A stretch of DNA of 64,000 bases, taken from positions 442,046 to 506,045 of the forward strand of contig CAVSPR010000004.1 in assembly GCA_963729875.1 (NCBI GenBank), in the 5' to 3' direction. This DNA comes from an uncultured Acidobacteriota bacterium. GTDB lineage: Bacteria; Acidobacteriota; Vicinamibacteria; Fen-336. Made by a program: the position numbers and the translations under genes. Of the stretch, positions 9,781 to 20,704 are shown piece after piece. The notes beneath the pieces are model-generated. The model saw nothing but the letters and a program-made list of their open reading frames with translations, did not search any database and was not told the DNA's origin. The number at the start of each line of letters is the position of its first letter. The stretch's first letter is position 1.

Positions 9781-10548
9781 TCACTCCTTCTCGCCGTGCT
9801 CGGCGGCCGCAACTTCCTCGCGCCGGTGGGTGATCCAGTAGATCGCCGAGAGGCCCACGGCGCCGCCGGCCACGACCTTGGGGATCTTCGACAGCGCCGC
9901 CCAGGTGAGGTTCGGCATCGGGTCGTTGCCGAGGCCGACCTTCATCCCGAGCTGCTCGAAGGGGACGGGGGAGAGGACGAAGACGTTCGTGCCTCCCACC
10001 GTGTGCTCGCCGTAGATCACGGGGTGGTACGCGCCGGGGTTCTCGGCGAGGCGCTTCTTCGCCTCGGCCAGCATCTCCTCGCGGGTGCCGCCGACCGTCG
10101 CCTCGGCCGGGCAGGCCTCGGTGCACGCGGTCGGCTTGCCGTCCTTCTGCCGCTCGAAGCAGCCGTCGCACTTGCGGACGACGGGGATCGGCTTCGACCA
10201 CTCGTAGCGCGGCACGTTGAAGGGGCAGGCGATCATGCAGTACCGGCAGCCCATGCACTTCGAGGCGTCGTAGACGACCGGGCCGAGCTCGGTTTTGGTG
10301 AAAGCGCCGACCGGGCACGCGCTCACGCAGCTCGGGTCGGCGCAGTGCATGCACATGCGGCGCAGGTAGCGGTCCTCGCCCTTGTCGAGGACCACGGTGT
10401 AGGTGGTCGCGTCGAGCTCCGTCTCCTCGCCGGTGCCGGGGAACTCGTGCGAGGCCTTGCAGGCCTTGGCGCACTCGTGGCAGCCGACGCAGCGGGTGAC
10501 GTCGAAGAGCAGGGCCCGCGACTTCGGGTTGGGCATCATCAGGGCCAT
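9781..10548 (-). CDS. 4x[4Fe-4S] ferredoxin-type iron-sulfur subunit (PsrB/HybA/FdnH-like) with C-terminal TM anchor; no Tat signal
   Basis: Four Cys clusters (CVGCHECAKAC, CMHCADPSCVSACP, CMGCRYCMIACP, CDGC...C...CP) and a C-terminal helix AGGAVGLSAIYWITH. Confidence 0.85.
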   Translation of the reverse strand: MALMMPNPKSRALLFDVTRCVGCHECAKACKASHEFPGTGEETELDATTYTVVLDKGEDRYLRRMCMHCADPSCVSACPVGAFTKTELGPVVYDASKCMGCRYCMIACPFNVPRYEWSKPIPVVRKCDGCFERQKDGKPTACTEACPAEATVGGTREEMLAEAKKRLAENPGAYHPVIYGEHTVGGTNVFVLSPVPFEQLGMKVGLGNDPMPNLTWAALSKIPKVVAGGAVGLSAIYWITHRREEVAAAEHGEKE

Positions 10549-10584
10549 GGTTCCTTGTCTCCTCAGAGGGGTGGTGTCGGCGCC

Positions 10585-11268
10585 CTAGGTGAGCAGGAAC
10601 TCGTGGACGAGGCGCTCCCAGTCCGCCGACGGCAGGTGGTCGCCCAGGTCGGAGGCGGGCTCGCCGCCGTCCTGCAGCACCGAGCCGGAGAACGCCATGA
10701 GCCGCACCTCGAGGGCCTCGCGGCTGTCCTCCATCCACTTGCGGGCGAGACGGCCCGAGAGGAGGTTCCGGAGGTTGTCGGCGAGGTTGGGGGCCTTCAC
10801 CTTGAGCACCCAGCCGCGGCCGTAGGGGTCCTCGCCGGCGAGGTCCGGCTTGCCGCCGAGCTCGGGGTTGACCTCGACGACCTCGCCCTCGACCGGCGAG
10901 ACGAGCGTGGCTGCCTTGCCGTTGACCTTCATGGCGAAGGCGCGCCCGCCCTGGTGGAGCCAGTCGCCGCGCGAGGGGGACTGGACGGTGGCGGCGGTCC
11001 CAATCAGGCGGCGGGCGAAGTCGTCGACGCCGATGAGGACGGTGTTGGCGTCCAGCGGGCGGGCCCAGGTGTGCCCGCGGTGGTAGTAGAGGGACTCCGG
11101 CATCTGGTAGCCGGCCACCCAGGCGGGCTCGACGGAGGGCATCGCCGCGGTGGCGAGGGCCCTGGACTCACGCGCGAGCCGGTGACGGGTCACCAGGTAG
11201 TCCATGGTGATGAGAGCAACGAAGAACGCAAGAACGAGCATGACAGTCATGACCGCACCTCCGACCAC
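10585..11268 (-). CDS. Membrane-anchored glycine-cleavage H-protein-like (lipoyl-domain) protein
   Basis: N-terminal TM (MTVMLVLAFFVALITMDYLV). Residues HRGHTWARPLDANTVLIGVDDFA...AMKVNGKAATLVSPVEGEVVEVNPEL...DPYGRGWVLKVK match the GcvH fold, including the conserved lipoyl-lysine position. Confidence 0.6.
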   Translation of the reverse strand: MVGGAVMTVMLVLAFFVALITMDYLVTRHRLARESRALATAAMPSVEPAWVAGYQMPESLYYHRGHTWARPLDANTVLIGVDDFARRLIGTAATVQSPSRGDWLHQGGRAFAMKVNGKAATLVSPVEGEVVEVNPELGGKPDLAGEDPYGRGWVLKVKAPNLADNLRNLLSGRLARKWMEDSREALEVRLMAFSGSVLQDGGEPASDLGDHLPSADWERLVHEFLLT

Positions 11269-11612
11269 CCCCTATTGCAAGACCGAGTCCCACCGTTGGG
11301 TCGAGGTGTTGAGAAGCTCGCAATCGACTGAAAACAAAGGGGAACTGCAAGCGACAGGAAGTTCAACGCCTTCCCCGGATGGTGTTGAAGATCTCGTCGA
11401 TCCCCGAGCGGCCCACGTGGAGTTCTTGTCCAAACCCATTCACAACAGTGGGTTGCCTTCCGCGTTGAGGAATTCAGCATGTCGATGAAAGACTCAACAG
11501 CCCTCCAGCGTGAGCGATCCGGGTCGATTTGGAGACCTGGGGGCCCTGGGATCTCGGGAGTGAGCGACCGACCCCGGGACGCACGCGACAAGGCCGCGGC
11601 GCCTTCGCTATC

Positions 11613-13430
11613 ATGGGCGGCGTGAACGACTTGCGAGTGCCGCTCCTCTCGCGGCTCGAGCGCGCGCTCGAGGACCGGCGGCGCCTCGTGCTCGCGGTGT
11701 TCGTCGCCCTTCTCGTCCTCGCCCGTGCCCTGTACTTCGCAGAGCTGTCCGGCAGCCCTCACCTCGTCCAGCACCTCTGGGAGCAGTCGGACATGAGCTT
11801 CTTCGACCGCTGGGGCCGGGCGGTCGCCGAGGGCGACTGGCTCTCGCGGCGGGTCGCGCACCCGGTCCACCTCTGGCACGCCGACGTCGCGTTCGCGTGG
11901 CTGCGGGACCACCCGGCGGAGATCGCGAGGCTCGTGCCCCCCGGAGGGAGTCGCGAAATGGCGGCGGTGGCGCTCTGGGACCGCTGGTACGGGGGGCCGA
12001 CCTTCCACCAGGAGCCGCTCTACCCCTATCTCGTCGGACTCACCTACCTTCTCTTCGGCCCCGACGTCCGGTACGTCTTCGCGTGGCAGCTCCTGGTCGG
12101 CGTCGGCACCGGCGTGCTCCTTCTGCTCCTCGCCCGGCGGCTCTTCGGCCACGTGGTGGGCGCGACGACCGCCTTCCTCACCGTCCTCTGCAGCCCGCTT
12201 CTCTACTACGAGCTCGTCCTCCTCCGCGAGACGTTGATCGTCGGCGCCGGGCTCCTGCTGGTGGCGGCCACGGTGTGGGCGCTCGAGCGGCGGGGCTTCG
12301 GGGCGTGGCTCCTCGTGGGCCTCGTCTGCGGCCTCGCCCTCCTGCTCAAGTCGAGCGTGGCCCTCATGCTGGCCGGGACGGGGCTCGGCCTCTTCCTCGT
12401 TCTCCGCCGCACTCCCCGGGACCTCCGGCGAGCGGCCGGCGGTCTCGCCCTCGGTCTCGCCATGGCCCTCGGTCCCGCCGTGGCCCGCAACCTGGCGGTC
12501 GGCGTCCGGCCCTTCGCGCTCTCGAGCGTCGGGACCATCACCTTCGTGAACGCCAACGCCGAGGACGCCCGGCCGGAGCGGGGCTTCTCCGTGAGCCGTC
12601 ACGCCGCGGCCATCATGGGCGAATCCGGCGGCCGCTTCGCCCCGGCGGCCCTCGCCGCGCTGCGCACCCATCCCGACCTCTCGAGCTACCTGCGCCAGCT
12701 CGGGAGCAAGCTCGCCACCGCCTGGCACTGGTACGAGCTCCCGAACAACAGCAACTTCTACCAGTACCGCGCGGAGGCACCCGTCCTCCGCCTGCCCTTC
12801 ACCTTCGCGCTCGCCGGGCCTCTCGGCCTCCTCGGCCTCGTCCTCGCCGCCTCCCGCTGGCGGTCGGTCTGGCCTCTCGTCCTGCTCGCGGCCACGAGCC
12901 TGCTCACCATGCTCGTCTTCTACCCGCTCTCGCGCTTCCGCGCACCGATGCTCGCGGCGCTCGTGCCGTTCGCCGCCTTTGCCGTCGTGCGGACCGCCGA
13001 CCTGCTCGCCTCGGGGCGCATCCGGCACGGCGTGGCGGCCGTGCTCGCCTTCCTCGGCCTCGCCGCCTGGATGGGGCGCCCCCTCCCGCCGACGGAGTCG
13101 CTCGTGCGCGGCTCCGACTGCCGCGTCCCCGTCGAGTTCGTCTACCGCCCGGCCCTCGACCGCGCCGCGCGGCAGGAGGCGTGGGGGGCGGTCGCGAGGC
13201 TCGGCGAGCGCGCGCTCGAGGGCGAGCCGGCGGCGGTGCGGCGGATCGGCGCGGAGCCGGTGCCCCTGAACGACCACGACCGGCAGTGCGCCGTCGTCTT
13301 CGCCGAGCTCTCGGAGCGCACCGCCGATGCCCTGGACCGGCTCGGGCGCACCGAGGCGGCCGGTCGGCACCACGAGCGGGCCCGCGTTCTCGTGACCGCG
13401 GCCCGGAGCTACCCGCCGGTCGGCGGCTGA
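11613..13430 (+). CDS. GT-C fold membrane glycosyltransferase (ArnT / PMT, GT39/GT83-like)
   Basis: 606-aa polytopic protein with an N-terminal TM bundle and a periplasmic-loop region (WDRWYGGPTFHQEPLYPYLVGLTYLLFG) typical of ArnT/PMT-type transferases. Start ATG 11613 (MGGVNDLRVP). Confidence 0.55.
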   Translation: MGGVNDLRVPLLSRLERALEDRRRLVLAVFVALLVLARALYFAELSGSPHLVQHLWEQSDMSFFDRWGRAVAEGDWLSRRVAHPVHLWHADVAFAWLRDHPAEIARLVPPGGSREMAAVALWDRWYGGPTFHQEPLYPYLVGLTYLLFGPDVRYVFAWQLLVGVGTGVLLLLLARRLFGHVVGATTAFLTVLCSPLLYYELVLLRETLIVGAGLLLVAATVWALERRGFGAWLLVGLVCGLALLLKSSVALMLAGTGLGLFLVLRRTPRDLRRAAGGLALGLAMALGPAVARNLAVGVRPFALSSVGTITFVNANAEDARPERGFSVSRHAAAIMGESGGRFAPAALAALRTHPDLSSYLRQLGSKLATAWHWYELPNNSNFYQYRAEAPVLRLPFTFALAGPLGLLGLVLAASRWRSVWPLVLLAATSLLTMLVFYPLSRFRAPMLAALVPFAAFAVVRTADLLASGRIRHGVAAVLAFLGLAAWMGRPLPPTESLVRGSDCRVPVEFVYRPALDRAARQEAWGAVARLGERALEGEPAAVRRIGAEPVPLNDHDRQCAVVFAELSERTADALDRLGRTEAAGRHHERARVLVTAARSYPPVGG

Positions 13431-13909
13431 GCGTCCCCCACGACCAGGGCCACGATCTCGTGGACCGCGCGACCGACCTCCGGCGAGAGGCCCCCTCCCT
13501 CGCGCGAATGACCCGCCTCCACGGCGTAGATGACGAGCCGCGACGGGAGCGTGCCGAGCGCCCGCGCGAGGCCGATCGCGGCGGCGACGCCGAGCGAGTG
13601 AGTGGACGCGTGCTGCAGCCTCGCGATGCGCTCGACGTCGTCGGGGCCGATGCGGTGGACGCTGCCCGGGGGGCCGGCGCCGCGGCACGCGTCCACGAGG
13701 ACGACGTCGTCGAAGCCGGTCCACGCGCTCATGAGGGCGGTCGTCTCGCCGCTGCACTCGCGCACCACGAGGCCGCTGCCGTCGAGGGAGGCGAGGTGGC
13801 GCGCGACCGCCCGCCCCGCGCCGTCGTCGCCCCGGTGCGGATTGCCCACGCCGATCACGAGGCGATGCCCGGCCCGCGCGGAGGGCGACCGCGGCGCCTC
13901 GGGAGGCAT
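13409..13909 (-). CDS. Hydrogenase maturation endopeptidase (HyaD/HoxW family)
   Basis: RLVIGVGNPHRGDDGAGRAVARHL... matches hydrogenase maturation proteases. ATG overlaps the large-subunit stop (ATGA). Confidence 0.8.
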   Translation of the reverse strand: MPPEAPRSPSARAGHRLVIGVGNPHRGDDGAGRAVARHLASLDGSGLVVRECSGETTALMSAWTGFDDVVLVDACRGAGPPGSVHRIGPDDVERIARLQHASTHSLGVAAAIGLARALGTLPSRLVIYAVEAGHSREGGGLSPEVGRAVHEIVALVVGDAQPPTGG

Positions 13910-15219
13910 CACTCCCGGCGCAGGTCCAGCTTGAGGAAGTGCGTGGCGCAGGAGATGCACGGGTCGTAGTTGCGGATCGCCTGCTCGCACTTCCAGGTGA
14001 GCTCGTCCTTGGGCAGGTGGAGCACGGTGGGCACGAAGTGCCAGAGGTCGTTCTCGATCGTCTTCTGGTTCTGCGAGGTGGGAGGGACGATCTTCGCCGT
14101 CTGCACGAGCCCCGCCGCGTCGATGCGGTAGCGGTGGTAGAGCATCCCGCGGGGCGCCTCGGAGGCCCCGTGGCCGGTGCCCTCGCGGGGCGCCACCTCC
14201 ACCGCCGGGAGCTCCGGCGGCTCCCAGGCGTCGACGAGGCGCAGCGCCTCGTGGCACGCGAAGACGAGCTCGACCGCCCGGACGACGATGCTCTTGAAGG
14301 GGTTGCGGCAGGTCGTGCCGAGCCCGGCCCCGCGCGCCGCCTCCTGCGCGAGCGCGGGCAGCCGTTCGAAGTTCAGGCTGTACCGCGCCAGCGGCCCGAC
14401 GTGGAAGGCCCCGTGGCCCGTGTGGACCGAGTGGAGCGCGTTCGCGTGGGGGACGTGCTCCTCGACGAAGTGCTCCTCGTACTCGGAGACGGGGATGTCG
14501 AGGCCCTTGCTGGAGACGATCCGCCCCTCGTTGAACGGGTACTCGTCGGGGTGCCGCAGCGAGACGAACTCGTAGTCCTGCTCGAAGTCGGGGAACTCGA
14601 GGGACGCGGCGAAGCGGACCGCCTCGAGCGAGAGGTCGAGGGCCCGCTTGAGCCGCTCGGCGATCGGCGCGAGCTCCCTCCGCGTGGGAACGCGGTAGAA
14701 GCCGCCCACCTTCACGTTGATCGGGTGGATCTCGCGCCCGCCGACGAGAGTGACGAGGTCGTTGCCGACCTTCTTGAGCTCGAGCGCCTTTCTGACCACG
14801 TCGGGGTGGTCGGCCGCCATGTGGATGGCGCTCTCGTACCCGAGGAAGTCGGGGGCGTGGAGCATGTAGACGTGGAGCGCGTGGGACTCGATCCACTCCC
14901 CGCAGTAGAGGAGGCGCCGCAGGGCCCGCAGCGGTCCTCCCACGCTCACCCCGCACGCCGCCTCCATCGCGTGGACGGAGCTCATCTGGTAGGCGACCGG
15001 GCAGATCCCGCAGATGCGGGCGGTGACGTCCGGCACCTCGCGGAAGTCGCGCCCCCGCAGGAAGGCCTCGAAGAAGCGGGGCGGCTCGTAGATCCGGAGC
15101 TTGACGTCGGCGACCTTGCCCCCTCGCACCTGCACGGTGAGGCCGCCCTCGCCCTCCACGCGGGCGAGGGCGTCGACGACGATCGTCTTGCTACGTGCGC
15201 TCGTGCTCATAGGCATCAC
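13909..15219 (-). CDS. hydA: [NiFe] hydrogenase large (alpha) subunit, group 3 cytoplasmic (sulfhydrogenase / HydA-type)
   Basis: N-terminal Ni-binding [10 protein letters not shown] and C-terminal DPCISCATH motifs; 436 aa. Confidence 0.9.
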   Translation of the reverse strand: MMPMSTSARSKTIVVDALARVEGEGGLTVQVRGGKVADVKLRIYEPPRFFEAFLRGRDFREVPDVTARICGICPVAYQMSSVHAMEAACGVSVGGPLRALRRLLYCGEWIESHALHVYMLHAPDFLGYESAIHMAADHPDVVRKALELKKVGNDLVTLVGGREIHPINVKVGGFYRVPTRRELAPIAERLKRALDLSLEAVRFAASLEFPDFEQDYEFVSLRHPDEYPFNEGRIVSSKGLDIPVSEYEEHFVEEHVPHANALHSVHTGHGAFHVGPLARYSLNFERLPALAQEAARGAGLGTTCRNPFKSIVVRAVELVFACHEALRLVDAWEPPELPAVEVAPREGTGHGASEAPRGMLYHRYRIDAAGLVQTAKIVPPTSQNQKTIENDLWHFVPTVLHLPKDELTWKCEQAIRNYDPCISCATHFLKLDLRRE

Positions 15220-15994
15220 TCGCCATCCGGAAGGGGGCGGCCCAGGCGTTGTAGGTGCGGAAGGCCCGGACGAGGTCGGGGCGGGTCGCCCCGAGGTGCT
15301 GCTGCCACCAGCCGCCGAGGGAGGCGGTGTTCGGCGACTCGGACGGGCCGAAGCAGCCGTAGCAGCCGCGCTGGTACGACGGGCACAGCGCCCCGCAGCC
15401 GGCCTGGGTGACGGGCCCGAGGCAGGGCGTGCCGTGGGCGGCCATCACGCAGACCGTACCCCGGCGCTTGCACTCGAGGCAGACGGAGTAGGTCGGGATG
15501 TTGGGCCGCCGCCCCCGCAGGAAGGCCCCCAGCACCTCGACCAGCTGTCCCTTGCTGATCGGGCAGCCGCGCAGCTCGAAGTCCACCCGCACGTGCTGGG
15601 AGATCGGCGTCGATGCCCCGAGGGTGCTGATGTACTCGGGCGTCGCGTAGACCGCCGAGGTGAACTCGCGGACGTCCTTGAAGTTGCGGAGGGACTGGAT
15701 GCCGCCGGCGGTGGCGCAGGCCCCGATCGTGACGAGGAAGCGGGACTGCTTGCGGACGTGCTGGATGCGCTCCGCGTCGTGCGACGTGGTGATCGAGCCC
15801 TCGACGAGGGTCAGGTCGTAGGGCCCCTTCACGACCTCGCGCGAGGCCTCGAGGAAGTTCGCGACCTGGATCTCCCCCACGACCGCCAGGAGCTCCTCCT
15901 CGCAGTCGAGGAGGGAGAGCTGGCAGCCGTCGCAGGATGCGAACTTGAAGATGGCCAGCTTCGGCTTCAGCTTCGGCTTCGGCTTCGCCGCCAC
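15191..15994 (-). CDS. hydD: [NiFe] hydrogenase small (delta) subunit, group 3
   Basis: [19 protein letters not shown] proximal-cluster motif, GACATAGG, and C-terminal Cys clusters. Confidence 0.85.
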   Translation of the reverse strand: MAAKPKPKLKPKLAIFKFASCDGCQLSLLDCEEELLAVVGEIQVANFLEASREVVKGPYDLTLVEGSITTSHDAERIQHVRKQSRFLVTIGACATAGGIQSLRNFKDVREFTSAVYATPEYISTLGASTPISQHVRVDFELRGCPISKGQLVEVLGAFLRGRRPNIPTYSVCLECKRRGTVCVMAAHGTPCLGPVTQAGCGALCPSYQRGCYGCFGPSESPNTASLGGWWQQHLGATRPDLVRAFRTYNAWAAPFRMASDAYEHERT

Positions 15995-15995
15995 C

Positions 15996-16859
15996 TCACA
16001 CCTCCCGCAGGCCGAAGAAGCGCTGGATCCGGTCGTAGGGGAAGACCGGGCCGTCCTTGCAGACGAACCACGGCCCGAACTGGCAGTGGCCGCACACCCC
16101 CACCGCGCACTTCATGTTCCGCTCCATCGAGACGAAGATCCTCGACCCGGACGTGCCCCGCTGCTCGAGGGCCTGGGCGGCGTAGCGGATCATGACCTCG
16201 GGGCCGCAGATGAAGGCCATCGCGCTCGTGGGGTCGAAGGGGGAGCGCTGCACCATCTTGGTCACCACCCCCACCGCGCCCTGCCACTCCATGGTGGCGC
16301 GGTCCACGGTCACGTCCACCACCACGTCGAAGCGGCTGCGCCACTCGCGCAGCTCCTTCGGGTACAGCATGTCCCGCGGGGTCCGCGCGCCGTAGAGGAT
16401 CACCACCCGGCCGTAGAGGGCGCGGTGGAGGAGCACGTGGTAGATCGCCGGCCGGATGGGGGCGAGGCCGATCCCGCCCGAGATCAGGATGACGTCGTGG
16501 CCGTGGGCCTGGTCCACCGGCCACGACGTGCCGAAGGGGCCGCGCACGCCCACCCAGTCGCCCTTCTCCAGCTTCTGCATGGCCCGGGTGGTGGCTCCCA
16601 CGGACCGGATGGTGTGCACGAGGATCTCGGGCCTCGCGGGGTCGCCGCTGATCGAGATCGGGACCTCGCCCACCCCGAAGACGTAGAGCATGTTGAACTG
16701 GCCGGGGGCGAACGGGCGGAACTTCGCTCCCCCGACCGGGGCCAGGGTCAGGGTGAAGGTGTCGCCGGTCTCCTGCGTGACGTGACGCACCACGAACGGC
16801 TCCGGCCGCATCGGGTCGGAGGCGGAGACGGTGGCCGAGGAGGGCTCAGTCGTTGCCAT
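15996..16859 (-). CDS. hydG: Hydrogenase gamma subunit: FAD/NAD(P)-binding oxidoreductase with C-terminal 2Fe-2S (PyrK-like)
   Basis: FNR-like fold ([15 protein letters not shown]...[11 protein letters not shown]) and [10 protein letters not shown] cluster. Confidence 0.8.
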   Translation of the reverse strand: MATTEPSSATVSASDPMRPEPFVVRHVTQETGDTFTLTLAPVGGAKFRPFAPGQFNMLYVFGVGEVPISISGDPARPEILVHTIRSVGATTRAMQKLEKGDWVGVRGPFGTSWPVDQAHGHDVILISGGIGLAPIRPAIYHVLLHRALYGRVVILYGARTPRDMLYPKELREWRSRFDVVVDVTVDRATMEWQGAVGVVTKMVQRSPFDPTSAMAFICGPEVMIRYAAQALEQRGTSGSRIFVSMERNMKCAVGVCGHCQFGPWFVCKDGPVFPYDRIQRFFGLREV

Positions 16860-17306
16860 AGAGGTCCAGGAGCTGCATGCGGGTCGCCTCGAGACGGGAG
16901 ATCGCGAGCTGGGCGAAACGCTTCAGGAGCTCGTAGCCGAAGCCCGGGTCCTTCTCGCACTTCGTGCGCAGGCACGACCCGTCGAGCGAGAGCGCGCGGA
17001 CGGCGTTCATGGCCCGCGCGTCGAAGAAGGTCTTGTAGGGGGGGAACATCCAGGACCAGCCGAGCACCTCGCCGCCCTCGATCGTCTCGATGGTGACCGG
17101 CCCCTTGTTGGGGACGAAGACCTCGACCGCGACCTTGCCCTCGCGGACGACGAAGAAGCGGTCGGCGGCCTCCCCCTCCCGGAAGACGAACTCCCCCGGC
17201 TGGAACACGACGTTCGCGACGCACCCCACGACCGTGTCCAGGTAGGGCGCGGGCAGGTCCTTGAAGAAGGGGTGCTCCCCGAGGATCTTCTCGAAGGTGT
17301 GGATCG

Positions 17307-17310
<4 letters not shown>
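16846..17310 (-). CDS. Cyclic-nucleotide-binding (Crp/Fnr-type cNMP) domain protein embedded in the hydrogenase operon
   Basis: C-terminal part of ORF 16846..18507: FFKDL...[29 protein letters not shown]...GEVLGWSW matches a cNMP-binding beta-barrel. GTG start overlaps the hydB stop (GTGA). Confidence 0.55.
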
Positions 17311-18491
<1,181 letters not shown>

Positions 18492-18621
18492 GCGTCCGGC
18501 CGTCCAAACCGAACGAAGCGAGCGTGCTACAGGGGTCCGCTCACGCCGTTTTTCCGCGCGGGGCCACTCGCCGCGAAAAACTGGCGATGAGGCGTTCGGC
18601 TCAGCCTCGGGTCGAGGCTCC

Positions 18622-19242
18622 CTACTCCACGTCGGTGACGATGAACATCAGGACGTGGCTCCCCACCCGGAACTCCTGCTGGTTGTTGAGCTGGTGCTGC
18701 TCGATCCGGTCGAGGTCGATCCAGGTCCCGTTGGTGGAGCCGAGGTCTCGCAAGAGGGCCACGTCACCCACGATCTCGACCGCCGCGTGCTGGCGGGAGG
18801 CCTCGGGGTCGTCGAGGTTGATGTCGGCCCCCGTGCGCCCGATGACCGTGCGGGTCTTCGAGATCGAGAAGATCTGCCCGGTCGCGGCGCCCTGGATGAC
18901 GGCGAGGGAGAATCTCTTGTCCCTCGGCAGCTGGAGCAGGCCCATCCGGTGGGCGTCGCCGCCCGCGATCGTGGCCGATCCCGCTGCGGGCTGGTCCGCC
19001 GGCGGCTGGGTCGGCGTCTGGCGCGTGCGCAGGCTCTCGTCCGGTCCAGGTGCGGGCGTCGGTGGGGCGGCCGGGGGAGGCGCCGGCTCCTCGGCTGGCA
19101 TGGTCAACGAGCCGAGCAGCGGGTTCTCGATCTCGATCGTGCTCCCGCACTTCGAGCAGCGCGTCTTCACCTTCGGCCGGTCTCCCAGCTTGGACTCGTC
19201 GAACTTGTACCTCGACTGGCAGCTGGGGCAGGCGACGATCAT
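18622..19242 (-). CDS. Zinc-ribbon (MJ0042-type) + FHA domain protein
   Basis: [14 protein letters not shown]...CSKCGS zinc ribbon, Pro-rich linker, C-terminal FHA core ([25 protein letters not shown]...GSTNGTWID). Confidence 0.75.
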   Translation of the reverse strand: MIVACPSCQSRYKFDESKLGDRPKVKTRCSKCGSTIEIENPLLGSLTMPAEEPAPPPAAPPTPAPGPDESLRTRQTPTQPPADQPAAGSATIAGGDAHRMGLLQLPRDKRFSLAVIQGAATGQIFSISKTRTVIGRTGADINLDDPEASRQHAAVEIVGDVALLRDLGSTNGTWIDLDRIEQHQLNNQQEFRVGSHVLMFIVTDVE

Positions 19243-19341
19243 CGCGACTCTCCTCTGCCCGGGCCGCAGGCCGGGCTCCTGCTCCGAAACGACCGGGGAT
19301 GAGGATAATACGAATCAGGCTGGCGCGGCACCCGGGGTAGA

Positions 19342-19647
19342 ATGCCGGTCAGATTCCGAGGAGGCGACGTGGAGCGGAACGAGATCCTCTGGTTCGGCGA
19401 GGACGAGGACATCGAGGACGAGGACGTCGAGGATGACGACTTCGAGGACGATGACTTCGAAGACGACGACGACGAGGAGGAGGAAGACGAGGAGGAGGAA
19501 GAGGACGAGGACATCGAGGATGACGACTTCGAGGACGACGACGAGGAGGAAGACGACGAGGACCGGACGACGACGACGGGGACGGGTTCGACGACGACGA
19601 GGACTGGGACGACGACGAGGAGCTCGAGGACGAGGACCCGGAGGTAG
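19342..19647 (+). CDS. Highly acidic Asp/Glu-rich low-complexity ORF just upstream of lipA; may continue in another frame to 19653
   Basis: Translation [33 protein letters not shown]... A second frame continues the acidic run ([28 protein letters not shown]) to a TGA at ~19651. The opposite strand is poly-Ser and not credible. Confidence 0.3.
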   Translation: MPVRFRGGDVERNEILWFGEDEDIEDEDVEDDDFEDDDFEDDDDEEEEDEEEEEDEDIEDDDFEDDDEEEDDEDRTTTTGTGSTTTRTGTTTRSSRTRTRR

Positions 19648-19649
19648 AG

Positions 19650-20527
19650 TGAGCTCACGCGTCCCCCTTCCGCCTCCCCGGCGACCGGATTGGATCCGGG
19701 CGAGGGCTCCGCACGGCCCCGTCTACGAGGGCCTCAAGAGCCTCATGCGGGGTCTCGAGCTCCACACGGTCTGCGAGGAGGCCCACTGCCCGAACCTCGG
19801 CGAGTGCTGGGGGCGCGGCACCGCCACGTTCATGATCCTGGGGGAGACCTGCACGCGGGCGTGTGGCTTCTGCGCGGTCAAGACGGGACTGCCCGGGCAG
19901 CCGCCGGACCCTGACGAGCCCCGGCGCGTCGCCGACGCCGCCACCCGGATGGGGCTGCGCCACGTCGTGGTCACGTCCGTCAACCGCGACGACCAGCCGG
20001 ACGGGGGGGCCGGGATCTTCGCCGCCACGGTCCGCGAGCTGCGGGCGCGGGTTCCCGCCTGTGCCATCGAGGTCCTGATCCCCGACTTCAAGGGACGGTG
20101 GGACGCGCTCCAGGTCGTGCTGGACGCACGTCCCGACGTCCTCAACCACAACGTCGAGACGGTTCCTCGCCTCTACCGCCAGGCGCGGGCGGGGGCGAGC
20201 TTCGCGCGCTCGCTCGAGCTGCTGAGCAGGTCGAAGCACGCAGGGCTCCTCACCAAGAGCGGGATCATGGTCGGCCTCGGCGAGGAGTGGGCCGAGGTCG
20301 AGGAGACGATCCGGGCCATTCGCTCCGCGGGCGCCGACATCCTGACGGTCGGACAGTACCTCAGGCCCTCGCCCCAGCACCTGCCGGTCCTTCGGTACTA
20401 CCCCCCGGAGGAGTTCGAGCGGCTCCGGTCCTTCGCGCTGGGCCTGGGCTACGCCCACGTCGAGTCGGGCCCGCTCGTGCGCTCGAGCTACCACGCCGAG
20501 AGGCATGTGCCGGTGACGGCTCCGTAG
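19650..20527 (+). CDS. lipA: Lipoyl synthase
   Basis: [13 protein letters not shown] and radical-SAM [10 protein letters not shown] motifs. GTG start predicted at ~19650. Confidence 0.85.
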
Positions 20528-20672
20528 TCCTGCATCCCGGGGACTGGCGGGCGCCACAACGAACACCGGTCATCCAGCATGGCGGGGACCAGCCAGCCGA
20601 TACGGCTTCGCCTGTTGCCAGCTTCCTCTTTTCTGGGGGGACTTCGTCCCCCCAGACCCCCCTGAGAGGCGG
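20527..20672. repeat. Structured intergenic element, copy A; related copy at 26594-26770
   Basis: Shares motifs TCCTGCATYCCGGGGASTG, CGGCTTCRCCTG and TTNTTCTGGGGGG...CCCCNGACCCCCC with the second locus. Contains the perfect hairpin CTGGGGGGA-cttcg-TCCCCCCAG. Confidence 0.4.
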
Positions 20673-20704
20673 GTGGACGACGAGGCTCGCAGCCCGGGCC
20701 GCTG

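Noticed and set aside
11247-13757. 836-aa minus-strand R-rich ORF, and 11897..13969 + 690 aa
   Set aside because: Both overlap the GT-C glycosyltransferase gene in other frames or strands. They are Arg-rich low-complexity with no motifs, so spurious.
19239-19658. Poly-Ser ORF on the minus strand opposite the acidic repeat
   Set aside because: It is the reverse complement of a GAC/GAG/GAA repeat. A poly-Ser/Val protein is implausible, and the plus-strand acidic frame is co-directional with lipA.
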